Origin: Bacilli bacterium
GTDB taxonomy: Bacteria; Bacillota_I; Bacilli_A; RF39; UBA660
Direction of reading: 5' to 3'
Assembly (NCBI GenBank): GCA_036667875.1
Contig: JAVWTD010000006.1
Span: 1 to 51,045, forward strand
DNA: 51,045 bases
Under the pieces are notes generated by a model that was given only the letters and a program-made list of their open reading frames with translations, made no database searches and had not been told where the DNA came from. Shown here one piece after another: positions 17,966-27,165 of the stretch (position 1 is its first letter; each line of letters starts with the position of its first letter). Both the position numbers and the translations under genes were made by a program.

Positions 17966-19960
17966 ATGAACAAAAAGAATACAAAAAAAGGACTTATGTC
18001 ATATGCAGCATTAATTATTATTATGATTTCGATTCTCTTTTTTTCAGAGATGTTAAATCGTAAAGAAAATGTATTGACATATAACGAATTTATTAAAAAT
18101 ATAGAAAAAGGTAATGTAACTGAAGTTTTAATATCACCTCAAAATAGAGCTGGTGTTTACTTAATCAGAGGAAAGATGAAAAATTATGAAAGTAATGAAA
18201 TATATTCTTTAAAAATACCTTTATCTAATGAGTCAATTTCTGTTATATATAAAGCACAAAAAAAGTATAAATTTGAATTGACAACATCAAACGATCCAGA
18301 TTCTAGTCCATTAATGATGTTTTTAGTAAATGTTTTACCAATGATTTTATTACTAGGTGCAGCATTTTACTTTTTAACTAAACAAATGGGCGGTGCTAAT
18401 AAATCAATGGACTTTGGAAAAAGTAGAGCAAGACTTACAACAGGTCAAAACAAAGTCACATTTGATCAAGTAGCAGGATTAAACGAAGAAAAACAAGAAG
18501 TAAAAGAACTAATAGACTTTTTAAAGAATCCTAAAAAATTTCAAGATATGGGAGCAAGAATTCCTAAAGGAGTTTTATTAGTAGGTCCACCAGGAACAGG
18601 TAAAACATTATTAGCAAAATCTGTTGCTGGAGAAGCAAATGTTCCATTCTATTTTATAAGTGGTTCCGAATTTGTTGAATTATTTGTAGGAGTTGGAGCA
18701 TCTCGTGTAAGAGATATGTTTAAAGAAGCTAAACAAACAGCCCCATGTCTAATCTTTATTGATGAAATAGATGCAGTAGGAAGACAAAGAGGTGCAGGTG
18801 TTGGTGGCGGACACGATGAACGTGAACAAACTTTAAACCAATTACTAACAGAAATGGATGGTTTTGGTGCAAATGAAGGAATAATCATTTTAGCAGCTAC
18901 AAATAGACCAGACGTTTTAGACCCAGCTTTATTAAGACCAGGTAGATTTGATAGACAAGTAACTGTTAATCTTCCAGACATAAAAGGAAGAGAAGAAATT
19001 CTTGAAGTACATGCAAAAGGTAAAACTTTCTCTAAACAAGTTAGTTTTAAAAATGTTGCCAAAAGAACAGTTGGTTTAAGTGGAGCTGATTTAGAAAATT
19101 TATTAAATGAAGCAGCGCTATTAACTGTTAGAAGAAATAAAAAACAAATATCTATGTCTGAAATTGATGAAGCTCATGATAGAGTTCTTATGGGACCAGC
19201 TAAAATTAGCCATCAATATACAGAAAAAGAAAAAAAAGTTGTTGCTTATCACGAAGCAGGTCATGCCGTTTTAGGAATAAAATTAGATGGTGCTAATGAA
19301 GTTCAAAAAATTACGATAGTACCTCGTGGTAATGCGGGTGGATATAACCTTATGCTTCCAAAAGAAGAAACATATTTATCTACTAAAACAGAATTACTAG
19401 ATACGATTTGTGGACTGTTAGCCGGTAGAGCATCAGAAGAAATAACTTTCAATGAAGTAACTACAGGAGCGCATAATGATTTTGAAAAAGCTACAAAAAT
19501 AGCAAGAGCTATGGTAACTGAGTACGGAATGAGCGAACTAGGACCAGTTCAATTTGAACATCAAGAATCAAGTGTCTTTTTAGGAAGAGACTATAATAAA
19601 ACTAGAAATTTTTCAAGTCAAGTAGCATTTGAAATAGATCAAGAAATGAGAAAAATTATTGACGAGTGTTATAAAATTACAAGAAAAACTATAAAAGAAA
19701 ATAAAAAACTTCTTGATTTAATAGCAAATTCGTTACTAGAAAAAGAAACTTTAACAAAAGAACAAATTGAATATTTAGTTAAAAATGAATGTCTACCTCC
19801 TGAAGATAATGAAATTGAAAAAGATGAAAATTCAATAAACTTATCAGAATTATCATTCGATGAATTAAAAGATTTAGCGAGAGATAAAGGAATAAAAGGC
19901 GTATCAAAAATGACAAAAGAAGAAATTAAAGAAAAAATACAAGAGAAAGAAGCTGAATAA
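17966..19960 (+). CDS. ftsH: ATP-dependent zinc metalloprotease FtsH with C-terminal Rho-N-like domain
   Basis: Two TM segments, [21 protein letters not shown]; tail [29 protein letters not shown]. Confidence 0.97.
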   Translation: MNKKNTKKGLMSYAALIIIMISILFFSEMLNRKENVLTYNEFIKNIEKGNVTEVLISPQNRAGVYLIRGKMKNYESNEIYSLKIPLSNESISVIYKAQKKYKFELTTSNDPDSSPLMMFLVNVLPMILLLGAAFYFLTKQMGGANKSMDFGKSRARLTTGQNKVTFDQVAGLNEEKQEVKELIDFLKNPKKFQDMGARIPKGVLLVGPPGTGKTLLAKSVAGEANVPFYFISGSEFVELFVGVGASRVRDMFKEAKQTAPCLIFIDEIDAVGRQRGAGVGGGHDEREQTLNQLLTEMDGFGANEGIIILAATNRPDVLDPALLRPGRFDRQVTVNLPDIKGREEILEVHAKGKTFSKQVSFKNVAKRTVGLSGADLENLLNEAALLTVRRNKKQISMSEIDEAHDRVLMGPAKISHQYTEKEKKVVAYHEAGHAVLGIKLDGANEVQKITIVPRGNAGGYNLMLPKEETYLSTKTELLDTICGLLAGRASEEITFNEVTTGAHNDFEKATKIARAMVTEYGMSELGPVQFEHQESSVFLGRDYNKTRNFSSQVAFEIDQEMRKIIDECYKITRKTIKENKKLLDLIANSLLEKETLTKEQIEYLVKNECLPPEDNEIEKDENSINLSELSFDELKDLARDKGIKGVSKMTKEEIKEKIQEKEAE

Positions 19961-19977
19961 TGCTTCTTTTTATTTTA
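19946..19977 (+). terminator. Intrinsic terminator after ftsH
   Basis: AAAGAAGC / GCTTCTTT stem plus T tract. Confidence 0.6.
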
Positions 19978-19992
19978 TATTATTAAAATTAA

Positions 19993-20021
19993 TAGCATTA
20001 CTTTTAAAATTGTGTTAAAAT
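19993..20021 (+). promoter_or_regulatory. Putative sigma-A promoter for parAB
   Basis: TAGCAT, 17 bp, TAAAAT with extended TG. Confidence 0.45.
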
Positions 20022-20055
20022 ATAAATGTATATTAAGTAGAAAATGGTGGGATAA

Positions 20056-20841
20056 ATGGGTAAAATTATAGCTTTAGTAAATCAAAAAGGTGGTGTTGGT
20101 AAGACAACTTCAAGCATAAACTTAGCAGCAGCACTTGGAGTATTAAAAAGAAAAGCACTCCTTGTAGACTTAGATCCTCAAGGAAATTGTACGACGGGGC
20201 TTGGAATATCCAAAGGTGACTGTAAAAATAGCGTTTATGAAATGATGTTAGATAGAAGCACTCTAGAAGAAACTATTATTAAAACAAAATTTAAAAATTT
20301 ATCTTTAATACCAGCTTCTATAAATCTAGCGGGAATAGATTTCGAATTAATGGAAAAAAGTAGAGAAACAGCAGTTTTTAATAAAGGTGGACAGTTAAAA
20401 AAATATTTAGACGAAGCAAAAAGTAATTTTGATTACATTATAATAGATTGTCCCCCAAGTCTTGGTATTTTAACGACAAATGCATTAACGGCAGCAGATT
20501 CAGTCCTTATTCCAGTTCAATGTGAATTTTTCGCACTCGAAGGAATTGCTCAACTAGTAAACACAATTTTATTAGCTCAAAAAAATATAAATCCAAAATT
20601 AGATATAGAGGGTGTTTTACTAACAATGCTTGATAGCAGAACTTGCTTAGGCCTTGAAGTTGTTGAAGATATAAGAGGTTATTTTAAAGAAAGAGTTTAC
20701 GATACAATAATACCAAGATTAGTTAAAATATCTGAAGCACCAAGTCATGGAAAACCTATAATATATTATGATTATAATCATAAGGGTACAACAGCATATT
20801 TAGCTTTAGCAAAGGAAGTGATTTCAAGAAATGGAAAATAA
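20056..20841 (+). CDS. parA: ParA/Soj ATPase
   Basis: KGGVGKTT deviant Walker A, DLDPQGN, IDCPPSLG, EAPSHG. Confidence 0.97.
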   Translation: MGKIIALVNQKGGVGKTTSSINLAAALGVLKRKALLVDLDPQGNCTTGLGISKGDCKNSVYEMMLDRSTLEETIIKTKFKNLSLIPASINLAGIDFELMEKSRETAVFNKGGQLKKYLDEAKSNFDYIIIDCPPSLGILTTNALTAADSVLIPVQCEFFALEGIAQLVNTILLAQKNINPKLDIEGVLLTMLDSRTCLGLEVVEDIRGYFKERVYDTIIPRLVKISEAPSHGKPIIYYDYNHKGTTAYLALAKEVISRNGK

Positions 20842-21727
20842 AGTAATAGATAATAGAAAAAGAGCATTAGGTAGAGGTCTTGAACAATTATTTAATACTG
20901 AAAATTTAGATATTGACAGTATCGAAAAACAAATATATGAAACATCGAGTAATGAAGAAATTATAAATATTAGACTTGACGAATTAAGACCTAATCCCTA
21001 TCAACCAAGAAAAAAATTTAATGAGGAAGCTTTATCTGATTTAGCTGAATCAATTAAACTACATGGTGTTTTCCAACCAATAATAATTAAAAGAAGCATT
21101 AAAGGATACGAAATAATTGCAGGAGAAAGAAGATGCAGAGCATCAAAATTAGCTGGAAAAGAAACTATACCCGCAATTATCAGAAATTTTACAGATGAAC
21201 AAATGATGGAGATTGCATTATTAGAAAATTTGCAAAGAGAAAATTTAAGTGCTATCGAAGAGGCAATTGCTTATAGAACAATGATTGAAAGACTAAATTT
21301 AACTCAAGATGACTTATCAAAAAAAGTTGGTAAAAGTAGAAGCCATATTACAAATATTTTAGGTTTATTAAGATTACCAAATGAAATTCAACAAATGATA
21401 AGTAAAAATGAATTAACCATGGGACATGCAAGAGTTATAAGTAAATTAGAATCTGAAGAAGAAATGATAAATCTTGCTAAGCAAATAGTTGAAGGAAAAC
21501 TTCCAGTAAGAGAAACAGAAAGAATTTCTAACGATAACCAACTTAACAAAAAAGTTGTTCAAATAAGAAAACACAAAGAAAACTTAAATGAATATAAATA
21601 TGTAGAAGATTTACTAAGAGAAAAACTAGATACTAAAATTAAAATAAAAGAAAAAAAACTTGAAATAAGTTTTAGTAATATTAATGATTTAAATAGAATT
21701 TTAGAAATATTAAATATAAAGGAGTAA
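20831..21727 (+). CDS. parB: ParB/Spo0J partition protein
   Basis: ALGRGL, PNPYQPR, GERR.RA CTP-binding motif, ENLQRE, HTH. Confidence 0.97.
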   Translation: MENKVIDNRKRALGRGLEQLFNTENLDIDSIEKQIYETSSNEEIINIRLDELRPNPYQPRKKFNEEALSDLAESIKLHGVFQPIIIKRSIKGYEIIAGERRCRASKLAGKETIPAIIRNFTDEQMMEIALLENLQRENLSAIEEAIAYRTMIERLNLTQDDLSKKVGKSRSHITNILGLLRLPNEIQQMISKNELTMGHARVISKLESEEEMINLAKQIVEGKLPVRETERISNDNQLNKKVVQIRKHKENLNEYKYVEDLLREKLDTKIKIKEKKLEISFSNINDLNRILEILNIKE

Positions 21728-21731
21728 TTTT

Positions 21732-22526
21732 ATGATAGAAAAGATTTTAATGAAAGATGTTATATCACCTTTGATAATAGTTTTAATAGGAATTATTGTA
21801 TATATAATTTCAAAAAGAATAATAAAAAATGTATTTAAATTTAAATTTATTGGAGCAGATGAAAAAAGACAAAAAACAATTATGCTCTTATTTACAAATA
21901 TTGTTAAGTTTTTTATTATAGCAATTGTTTTTGTTTCAATTTTAGAAGTATATGGATTTGATACAAAATCATTATTAGCTTCATTAGGTGTATTTGCAGC
22001 CGTTATTGCTCTTGCATTACAAGATCTTTTAAAAGACTTTGTAGCAGGAATATCAATAATGCTTGAAGGACAATTTAGAATTGGAGATACTGTTACTATA
22101 GGTGCTTTCAAAGGAGAAGTTATTGCTCTTACTTTGAAATCTACAAGAATAAAAGCATACACTGGAGAAATAAAAATATTTACAAATAGAAATATCACAG
22201 AAGTAGTAAATCATACATTGGATTACTCACTTGCAATTGTAGATATTAACATAGATTATAATGCTGATATTGAAAAAACAGAAAAAGTTTTAAATAAATT
22301 ATGTGATCGCTTATCAAATGAAATAAAATTCTTAACAGGTCCTGTTCAACTATTAGGAATTAATGAAATAACTAACTATTCGATAGTTTACAGAATTACT
22401 GCTGATACTGAATCAATGAAACAATTTGAAATTCAAAGAAAAATATTAAGAGAAGCAAAACTAGAATTAGATAAAAACAATATAATTATACCTTACTCAC
22501 AAATGGTGGTTTATAATGGAAAGTAA
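21732..22526 (+). CDS. mscS: Small-conductance mechanosensitive channel
   Basis: Three TM segments, ALQDLLKDFVAG, FRIGD, MscS C-terminal region. Confidence 0.88.
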   Translation: MIEKILMKDVISPLIIVLIGIIVYIISKRIIKNVFKFKFIGADEKRQKTIMLLFTNIVKFFIIAIVFVSILEVYGFDTKSLLASLGVFAAVIALALQDLLKDFVAGISIMLEGQFRIGDTVTIGAFKGEVIALTLKSTRIKAYTGEIKIFTNRNITEVVNHTLDYSLAIVDINIDYNADIEKTEKVLNKLCDRLSNEIKFLTGPVQLLGINEITNYSIVYRITADTESMKQFEIQRKILREAKLELDKNNIIIPYSQMVVYNGK

Positions 22527-22704
22527 AGATTATAAATTAGGTAGCATTGTATTGATGAAAAAAGAACATCCTTGCGGTTACAATGAATGGGAAATTGTCA
22601 GAGTTGGAGCCGATATTAAAATAAAATGTAATTCTTGTAAAAGATGCATAATGATGAGTAGAGTAGAATTTAATAAAAAAATTAAAAAAATATTAACATA
22701 TTAG
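22516..22704 (+). CDS. DUF951 (YyzM-like) protein
   Basis: MKKEHPCG..W..RVGADIKIKC..C motif; usual neighbour of ychF. Confidence 0.88.
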   Translation: MESKDYKLGSIVLMKKEHPCGYNEWEIVRVGADIKIKCNSCKRCIMMSRVEFNKKIKKILTY

Positions 22705-22713
22705 GAGGAACGT

Positions 22714-24231
22714 ATGAGAAAGAAAAACAAACCAAAAAAAATGCTCGGTCCTGTTATAACTATGATGTTATTAACAATTATTGTTATTCTATCAAGTTCT
22801 TTCTTTTCTTTATTAGAAATTGATGCAGAAAAAACTGAAATAGTTAGAGGGTCTTTAGAAACATCGTTAATAACTGTAAAAAATGTTTTAACAAAAGATG
22901 GAGTAAAATATATTTTTAATAATATAGTAACTAACTTACAAATTTTTGAGCCATTATTTTTATTAATTATATCTTTAACAGCAATAGGAATTGGAGAAGC
23001 TAGTGGTTTGTTCAAAGCTATATTTGAACCAATGAAAAAAATAAATAACAAATTTTTAACTTTTCTAACACTTCTTGTTGGGATAGTAAGTTCTTTTTTT
23101 GGAGACTATAGTTACGTCTTTTTACTTCCAATGGTTGCAATCTTATACCAATATCTTGGGAGAAAACCTTTATTAGGTATTCTTACAATATTTATTGGAA
23201 TTACAATGGGATACGGCACAGGTTTTATATATAACTATGATGAAATAATAATTAGTGGACTAACAGAAAAAGCAGCCTCACTTGATGTTGACAAAAATTT
23301 TGTTTATCTATTAAAATCAAATATATATATAATGTTTTTTAGCACACTTATTCTTTCAATAGTAGGAACTTCAATAATACATACATTTTTAGATAAAAAA
23401 GTTCCAAAAAGCAATATTGAAAACGATGATAAATTAATCGTTTCAAAAAAAGGCTTACGTTATAGTAATATAGCATTTATAATTATGTCATTAATTATTA
23501 TATTTATGATAATACCTGGACAAAAAAGTGCTGGATTTTTGCTAGGAGAAGGAAATTCTTATGTTGAAAAATTACTAGGTCCAACTTCACCATTTATATC
23601 AGGATTATCTTTTATTCTATTAATTATAATTATGGTATGTAGTTTTATATATGGTAAAATTTCGGGAAATATTAAAAACAGTAATGAATACAGCGTAGGT
23701 TTATCTAAAAACTTTGAAAATTTAGGATATGTGTTTGTATTATTATTTTTCATGTCATTACTTGTTTCAATATTTGAATGGACAAATCTTGGTCAAGTAA
23801 TATGCAGTAAAATAATAGAATTAATAACTATATTGCCTTTCTCAGGATTACCAGTATTAATTACTTTCTTTGTTGGAGTAATATTAATGACTATATTAAT
23901 ACCATCAGTAACGACAAAATGGGAATTAGCATCTCCTTTAATGGTACCATTATTAATGAAATCAAATATTACACCTAATTTTACACAATTTGTCTTCAGA
24001 ACTGCTGACGGAATAGGGAAATGTTTTACACCTTTATTTCCTTATTATATAATAACATTAGCATTTTTAGAAAAATATAATACAAAGGAAAACAATAAAA
24101 TTACAGTATTTGGAACTTTAAAAATGATTATGCCAACATTATTATTATTTACTGTTCTTTGGTTAGTAATAATATTATCATGGCATATGCTAGGTATTCC
24201 TTTAGGTCCTGAAACATATTCAATATCTTAA
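22714..24231 (+). CDS. AbgT-family transporter
   Basis: Multi-TM; GIGEASG, D-Y-V-L-P, KW..SP, R.AD..TP, W..LGIPLGP resemble AbgT/YdaH. Confidence 0.75.
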   Translation: MRKKNKPKKMLGPVITMMLLTIIVILSSSFFSLLEIDAEKTEIVRGSLETSLITVKNVLTKDGVKYIFNNIVTNLQIFEPLFLLIISLTAIGIGEASGLFKAIFEPMKKINNKFLTFLTLLVGIVSSFFGDYSYVFLLPMVAILYQYLGRKPLLGILTIFIGITMGYGTGFIYNYDEIIISGLTEKAASLDVDKNFVYLLKSNIYIMFFSTLILSIVGTSIIHTFLDKKVPKSNIENDDKLIVSKKGLRYSNIAFIIMSLIIIFMIIPGQKSAGFLLGEGNSYVEKLLGPTSPFISGLSFILLIIIMVCSFIYGKISGNIKNSNEYSVGLSKNFENLGYVFVLLFFMSLLVSIFEWTNLGQVICSKIIELITILPFSGLPVLITFFVGVILMTILIPSVTTKWELASPLMVPLLMKSNITPNFTQFVFRTADGIGKCFTPLFPYYIITLAFLEKYNTKENNKITVFGTLKMIMPTLLLFTVLWLVIILSWHMLGIPLGPETYSIS

Positions 24232-24252
24232 AAGATGAATTTCATCTTTTTC
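24230..24252 (+). terminator. Terminator after the abgT-like gene
   Basis: AAAAGATGA / TCATCTTTT stem plus Ts. Confidence 0.55.
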
Positions 24253-24253
24253 T

Positions 24254-24282
24254 TTGCTTTTTTATAGTATATTATGTATAAT
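24254..24282 (+). promoter_or_regulatory. sigma-A promoter for ychF
   Basis: TTGCTT, 17 bp, TATAAT. Confidence 0.6.
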
Positions 24283-24305
24283 AAAATCAATAAGGAGGAA
24301 TTATT

Positions 24306-25406
24306 ATGAGTTTAACAGCAGGAATAGTAGGGTTACCTAATGTTGGGAAATCAACATTATTTAATGCTATTACTAAAAAAAATATATTAGCCGCTAATTA
24401 TCCATTTGCAACAATAGATCCAAATGTTGGAATGGTTACTGTACCTGATAAGAGACTAGAATTTTTACAAGATTTATATCAAACACAAAGTGTTATTCCA
24501 ACTACTTATGAATTTACTGATATTGCAGGATTAGTAAAAGGTGCTTCAAATGGGGAAGGACTTGGAAATAAATTTTTATCACACATAAGAGAAGTAGATG
24601 CAATAGTAGAAGTAGTAAGATGCTTTGAAGATAAAAATATAATACATGTAGAAGATAGTGTCGACCCAATAAGAGATATAGAAATAATAAATATTGAGTT
24701 AATGCTTGCAGATTTAGAAGTAGTTGAAAACCGATTTAATAGGATTGGAAAAAAAGCAGCCTTATCGAAAGACAAAGAAGTTATTAAAGAGGTTAGAATT
24801 TTAAATATTCTAAAAAATAGTTTATTAAAAAATGAACCAATTAGAAAATTAATATTCGACGAAGAAGATGCAAAATATGTTAAAGCATTCAATTTTCTTA
24901 CCGGTAAACCCATTATATATATGGCGAATATTAGTGAAGAAGATTTATTAAATGACGGGAACTTATATGTTGAAAAAGTTAAAGAATATTCTACGAAAGA
25001 AAATTCTAAGACAATAACTGTATGTGCAAAAATAGAATCTGAATTAAGTGAATTAAATGAGGAAGATAAAAATAGTTTCTTAAATGAATTAGGTATTGAA
25101 AACAGTGGATTAGATAAATTAATACATGCCACCTATGACCTTTTAGGATTAGCAACATACTTTACAGCAGGTGTTCAAGAATGCCGAGCATGGACATTTA
25201 AAAAAGGAATGAAAGCCCCAGAATGTGCCGGAATAATTCATACCGATTTTCAAAAAGGATTCATAAGAGCAGAAGTAATGAGTTATGATGAATTAGAAAA
25301 ATGTGGAAACGAAAAAAACGTTAAAGAAGCAGGAAAAATGAGATTAGAAGGAAAAGAATATATAATGAAAGACGGAGACATTTGTCATTTTAGATTTAAT
25401 GTTTAA
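24306..25406 (+). CDS. ychF: Redox-regulated ATPase YchF
   Basis: GLPNVGKST, ANYPFATIDPN, DIAGLVKGAS, TGS end DGD..HFRFNV. Confidence 0.97.
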   Translation: MSLTAGIVGLPNVGKSTLFNAITKKNILAANYPFATIDPNVGMVTVPDKRLEFLQDLYQTQSVIPTTYEFTDIAGLVKGASNGEGLGNKFLSHIREVDAIVEVVRCFEDKNIIHVEDSVDPIRDIEIINIELMLADLEVVENRFNRIGKKAALSKDKEVIKEVRILNILKNSLLKNEPIRKLIFDEEDAKYVKAFNFLTGKPIIYMANISEEDLLNDGNLYVEKVKEYSTKENSKTITVCAKIESELSELNEEDKNSFLNELGIENSGLDKLIHATYDLLGLATYFTAGVQECRAWTFKKGMKAPECAGIIHTDFQKGFIRAEVMSYDELEKCGNEKNVKEAGKMRLEGKEYIMKDGDICHFRFNV

Positions 25407-25446
25407 TATTTTCAATTTAACTAATACTATTATTAGGTGATAATAT

Positions 25447-25953
25447 ATGTATTATTTAAATTGTTTTTTATTTTATTCTATATTTGGATATTTACTAGAA
25501 ACAATTCTAGCAGTTTTTTCAAACAATAATTTTCAAAGTGGTATAATGTATGGTCCATGGACACCTATATATGGTATTGGAGTTATTTCAATTTTATTAT
25601 TGTCAAATTACTTTTTTATAAACTTGCATATGAATGTGATAACTGAATCTATAATTATTTTCATTATTTCAACAATTTTCTTAAGTTGTTTAGAAGTTAT
25701 AGGTGGTATAGTTATTGAAAAAATGTTTGATAAAGTGTTTTGGTCTTATTCTGACTTAAAATACAATATAGGAAATTATATTTCTATAGAAATGTCATTA
25801 CTATGGGGTTTAGCAACAATTATTTTTATATATATATTAAACCCCATTTTCAAAAACTTTATAAAGAAAATACCTCATATTGTTTCATTTTTACTTTCAT
25901 TTGCAATTTTATTTGATTTGACTCTTACCATTATTACGAAATTTAAAAAATAA
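25447..25953 (+). CDS. Putative ABC transporter permease-like membrane protein (CmpB/TMEM229-like)
   Basis: FLFYSIFGYLLE, GPWTPIYGIG, FWSYS..YN..NYIS, LWG. Confidence 0.7.
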   Translation: MYYLNCFLFYSIFGYLLETILAVFSNNNFQSGIMYGPWTPIYGIGVISILLLSNYFFINLHMNVITESIIIFIISTIFLSCLEVIGGIVIEKMFDKVFWSYSDLKYNIGNYISIEMSLLWGLATIIFIYILNPIFKNFIKKIPHIVSFLLSFAILFDLTLTIITKFKK

Positions 25954-25955
25954 TG

Positions 25956-25984
25956 TTTACATTCCTAAATATGTTTGCTATAAT
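25956..25984 (+). promoter_or_regulatory. sigma-A promoter for rpsF-ssb-rpsR
   Basis: TTTACA, 17 bp, TATAAT with extended TG. Confidence 0.7.
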
Positions 25985-26002
25985 ACAATCGAGTATTAAT
26001 TT

Positions 26003-26042
26003 ACTCCTTGCCTGAAAAGGCCGAATAGACCACAAGGAGGTG
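26003..26042 (+). promoter_or_regulatory. S6:S18 ribosomal protein leader RNA
   Basis: CTCCTTG (26004-26010) pairs with CAAGGAG (26033-26039, the SD); inner GCCT-GAAA-AGGC hairpin and CCG motif; directly upstream of rpsF. Confidence 0.7.
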
Positions 26043-26048
26043 CAAAAA

Positions 26049-26339
26049 ATGAAAAAATATGAAATTATGTTTATTGTTAAACCAACATTATCAGAAGAAG
26101 AAATTAAAAAAGTTTCTAAAAACTTTGAAAATATTTTAACTTCTAACGGTGCTACAATGACTAACGTTAAAGAAATGGGTCAAAGAGAATTAGCTTATGA
26201 AATTAAGAAATTCAAAAATGGATACTATTTCGTATTTAACTTAGAATGTAGCGATGATAAATCTATTAATGAATTTGATCGTTTAGCTGGAATCAGTAAC
26301 GATATTATTCGTCATTTAATTACAAAACAAGAAAACTAA
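26049..26339 (+). CDS. rpsF: 30S ribosomal protein S6
   Basis: KYEIMFIVKP, G.RELAYEI, IIRHL. Confidence 0.96.
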   Translation: MKKYEIMFIVKPTLSEEEIKKVSKNFENILTSNGATMTNVKEMGQRELAYEIKKFKNGYYFVFNLECSDDKSINEFDRLAGISNDIIRHLITKQEN

Positions 26340-26349
26340 GAGGTGCATT

Positions 26350-26829
26350 ATGAATAGAGTATGTTTAATTGGAAGAATAACTGCAAAACCAGAACTAAGA
26401 AATACCAATAGTAATTTAGCGGTAACAAGATTTACGTTAGCTGTAAATCGTAACTTTAGTAATAGTCAAGGTGAAAGAGAAGCAGACTTTATTACAATAG
26501 TTGCATGGAGAAAACAAGCTGAAAATATTTGTCGTTACCTTGATAAAGGTAGTCAAATTTCAGTTGAAGGAAGAATTCAAACAGGAAGCTTCGATGGACA
26601 AGATGGACAAAAGAGATATACTACAGAAGTTATTGCTGACCAAGTCAACTTTTTAGAAAGTAAAAATGCTGGACAAAGTCGTTCGAATAACAATAATTAT
26701 TCTCAACCATCTCAACCAACATCATACGATTACCAAGATACTGTACCATCAAATAATGTTAGTGTGGAAAATGATCCATTCTCAAATTTTGGTGATAGTG
26801 TAACAATCGATGATAACTTCCTAGATTAA
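26350..26829 (+). CDS. ssb: Single-stranded DNA-binding protein
   Basis: [23 protein letters not shown], acidic tail. Confidence 0.97.
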   Translation: MNRVCLIGRITAKPELRNTNSNLAVTRFTLAVNRNFSNSQGEREADFITIVAWRKQAENICRYLDKGSQISVEGRIQTGSFDGQDGQKRYTTEVIADQVNFLESKNAGQSRSNNNNYSQPSQPTSYDYQDTVPSNNVSVENDPFSNFGDSVTIDDNFLD

Positions 26830-26845
26830 TAAGGAGGAAAAAACA

Positions 26846-27064
26846 ATGGCTGAATTTTATAGAAAAAAGAAAAAAATATGTCAAATGTGTGCTGGTAAAT
26901 CTGTAGATTATAAAGATGCAGAAATAATCAAAAAATATATAAGCGCTGATAAAGGTAAAATATTACCAAGAAGAATTACTGGAGCTTGTTCAAAACACCA
27001 AAGACATATTGCTGGCGAAGTTAAAAAAGCACGTATTATGGCTTTAGTTCCATTCGTTAAATAA
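26846..27064 (+). CDS. rpsR: 30S ribosomal protein S18 (Zn-binding type)
   Basis: [23 protein letters not shown]. Confidence 0.97.
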   Translation: MAEFYRKKKKICQMCAGKSVDYKDAEIIKKYISADKGKILPRRITGACSKHQRHIAGEVKKARIMALVPFVK

Positions 27065-27073
27065 ATAAATGTT

Positions 27074-27100
27074 AAGAATAGATTATCTATTCTTTTTTTT
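27074..27100 (+). terminator. Intrinsic terminator after rpsR
   Basis: AAGAATAG / CTATTCTT stem plus long T tract. Confidence 0.7.
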
Positions 27101-27165
27101 ATATAATTGACTTTTTAAAATAATAATGATAATATTAAATCATAGTAGAATACTAGGAGGTTATT

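Noticed and set aside
24506-25132. Long antisense ORFs (this 208-aa one, and others such as 21710-22198, 18649-19062 and 41067-41447)
   Set aside because: They are shadows of well-conserved genes, with Ser/Phe/Ile-rich composition expected from reverse-complement codon bias and no recognisable motifs.
25404-25430. Sporulation sigma promoter (TAATATT..AATACTAT) upstream of the 25447 gene
   Set aside because: The spacing is short and such motifs arise readily in AT-rich DNA, so support is insufficient.
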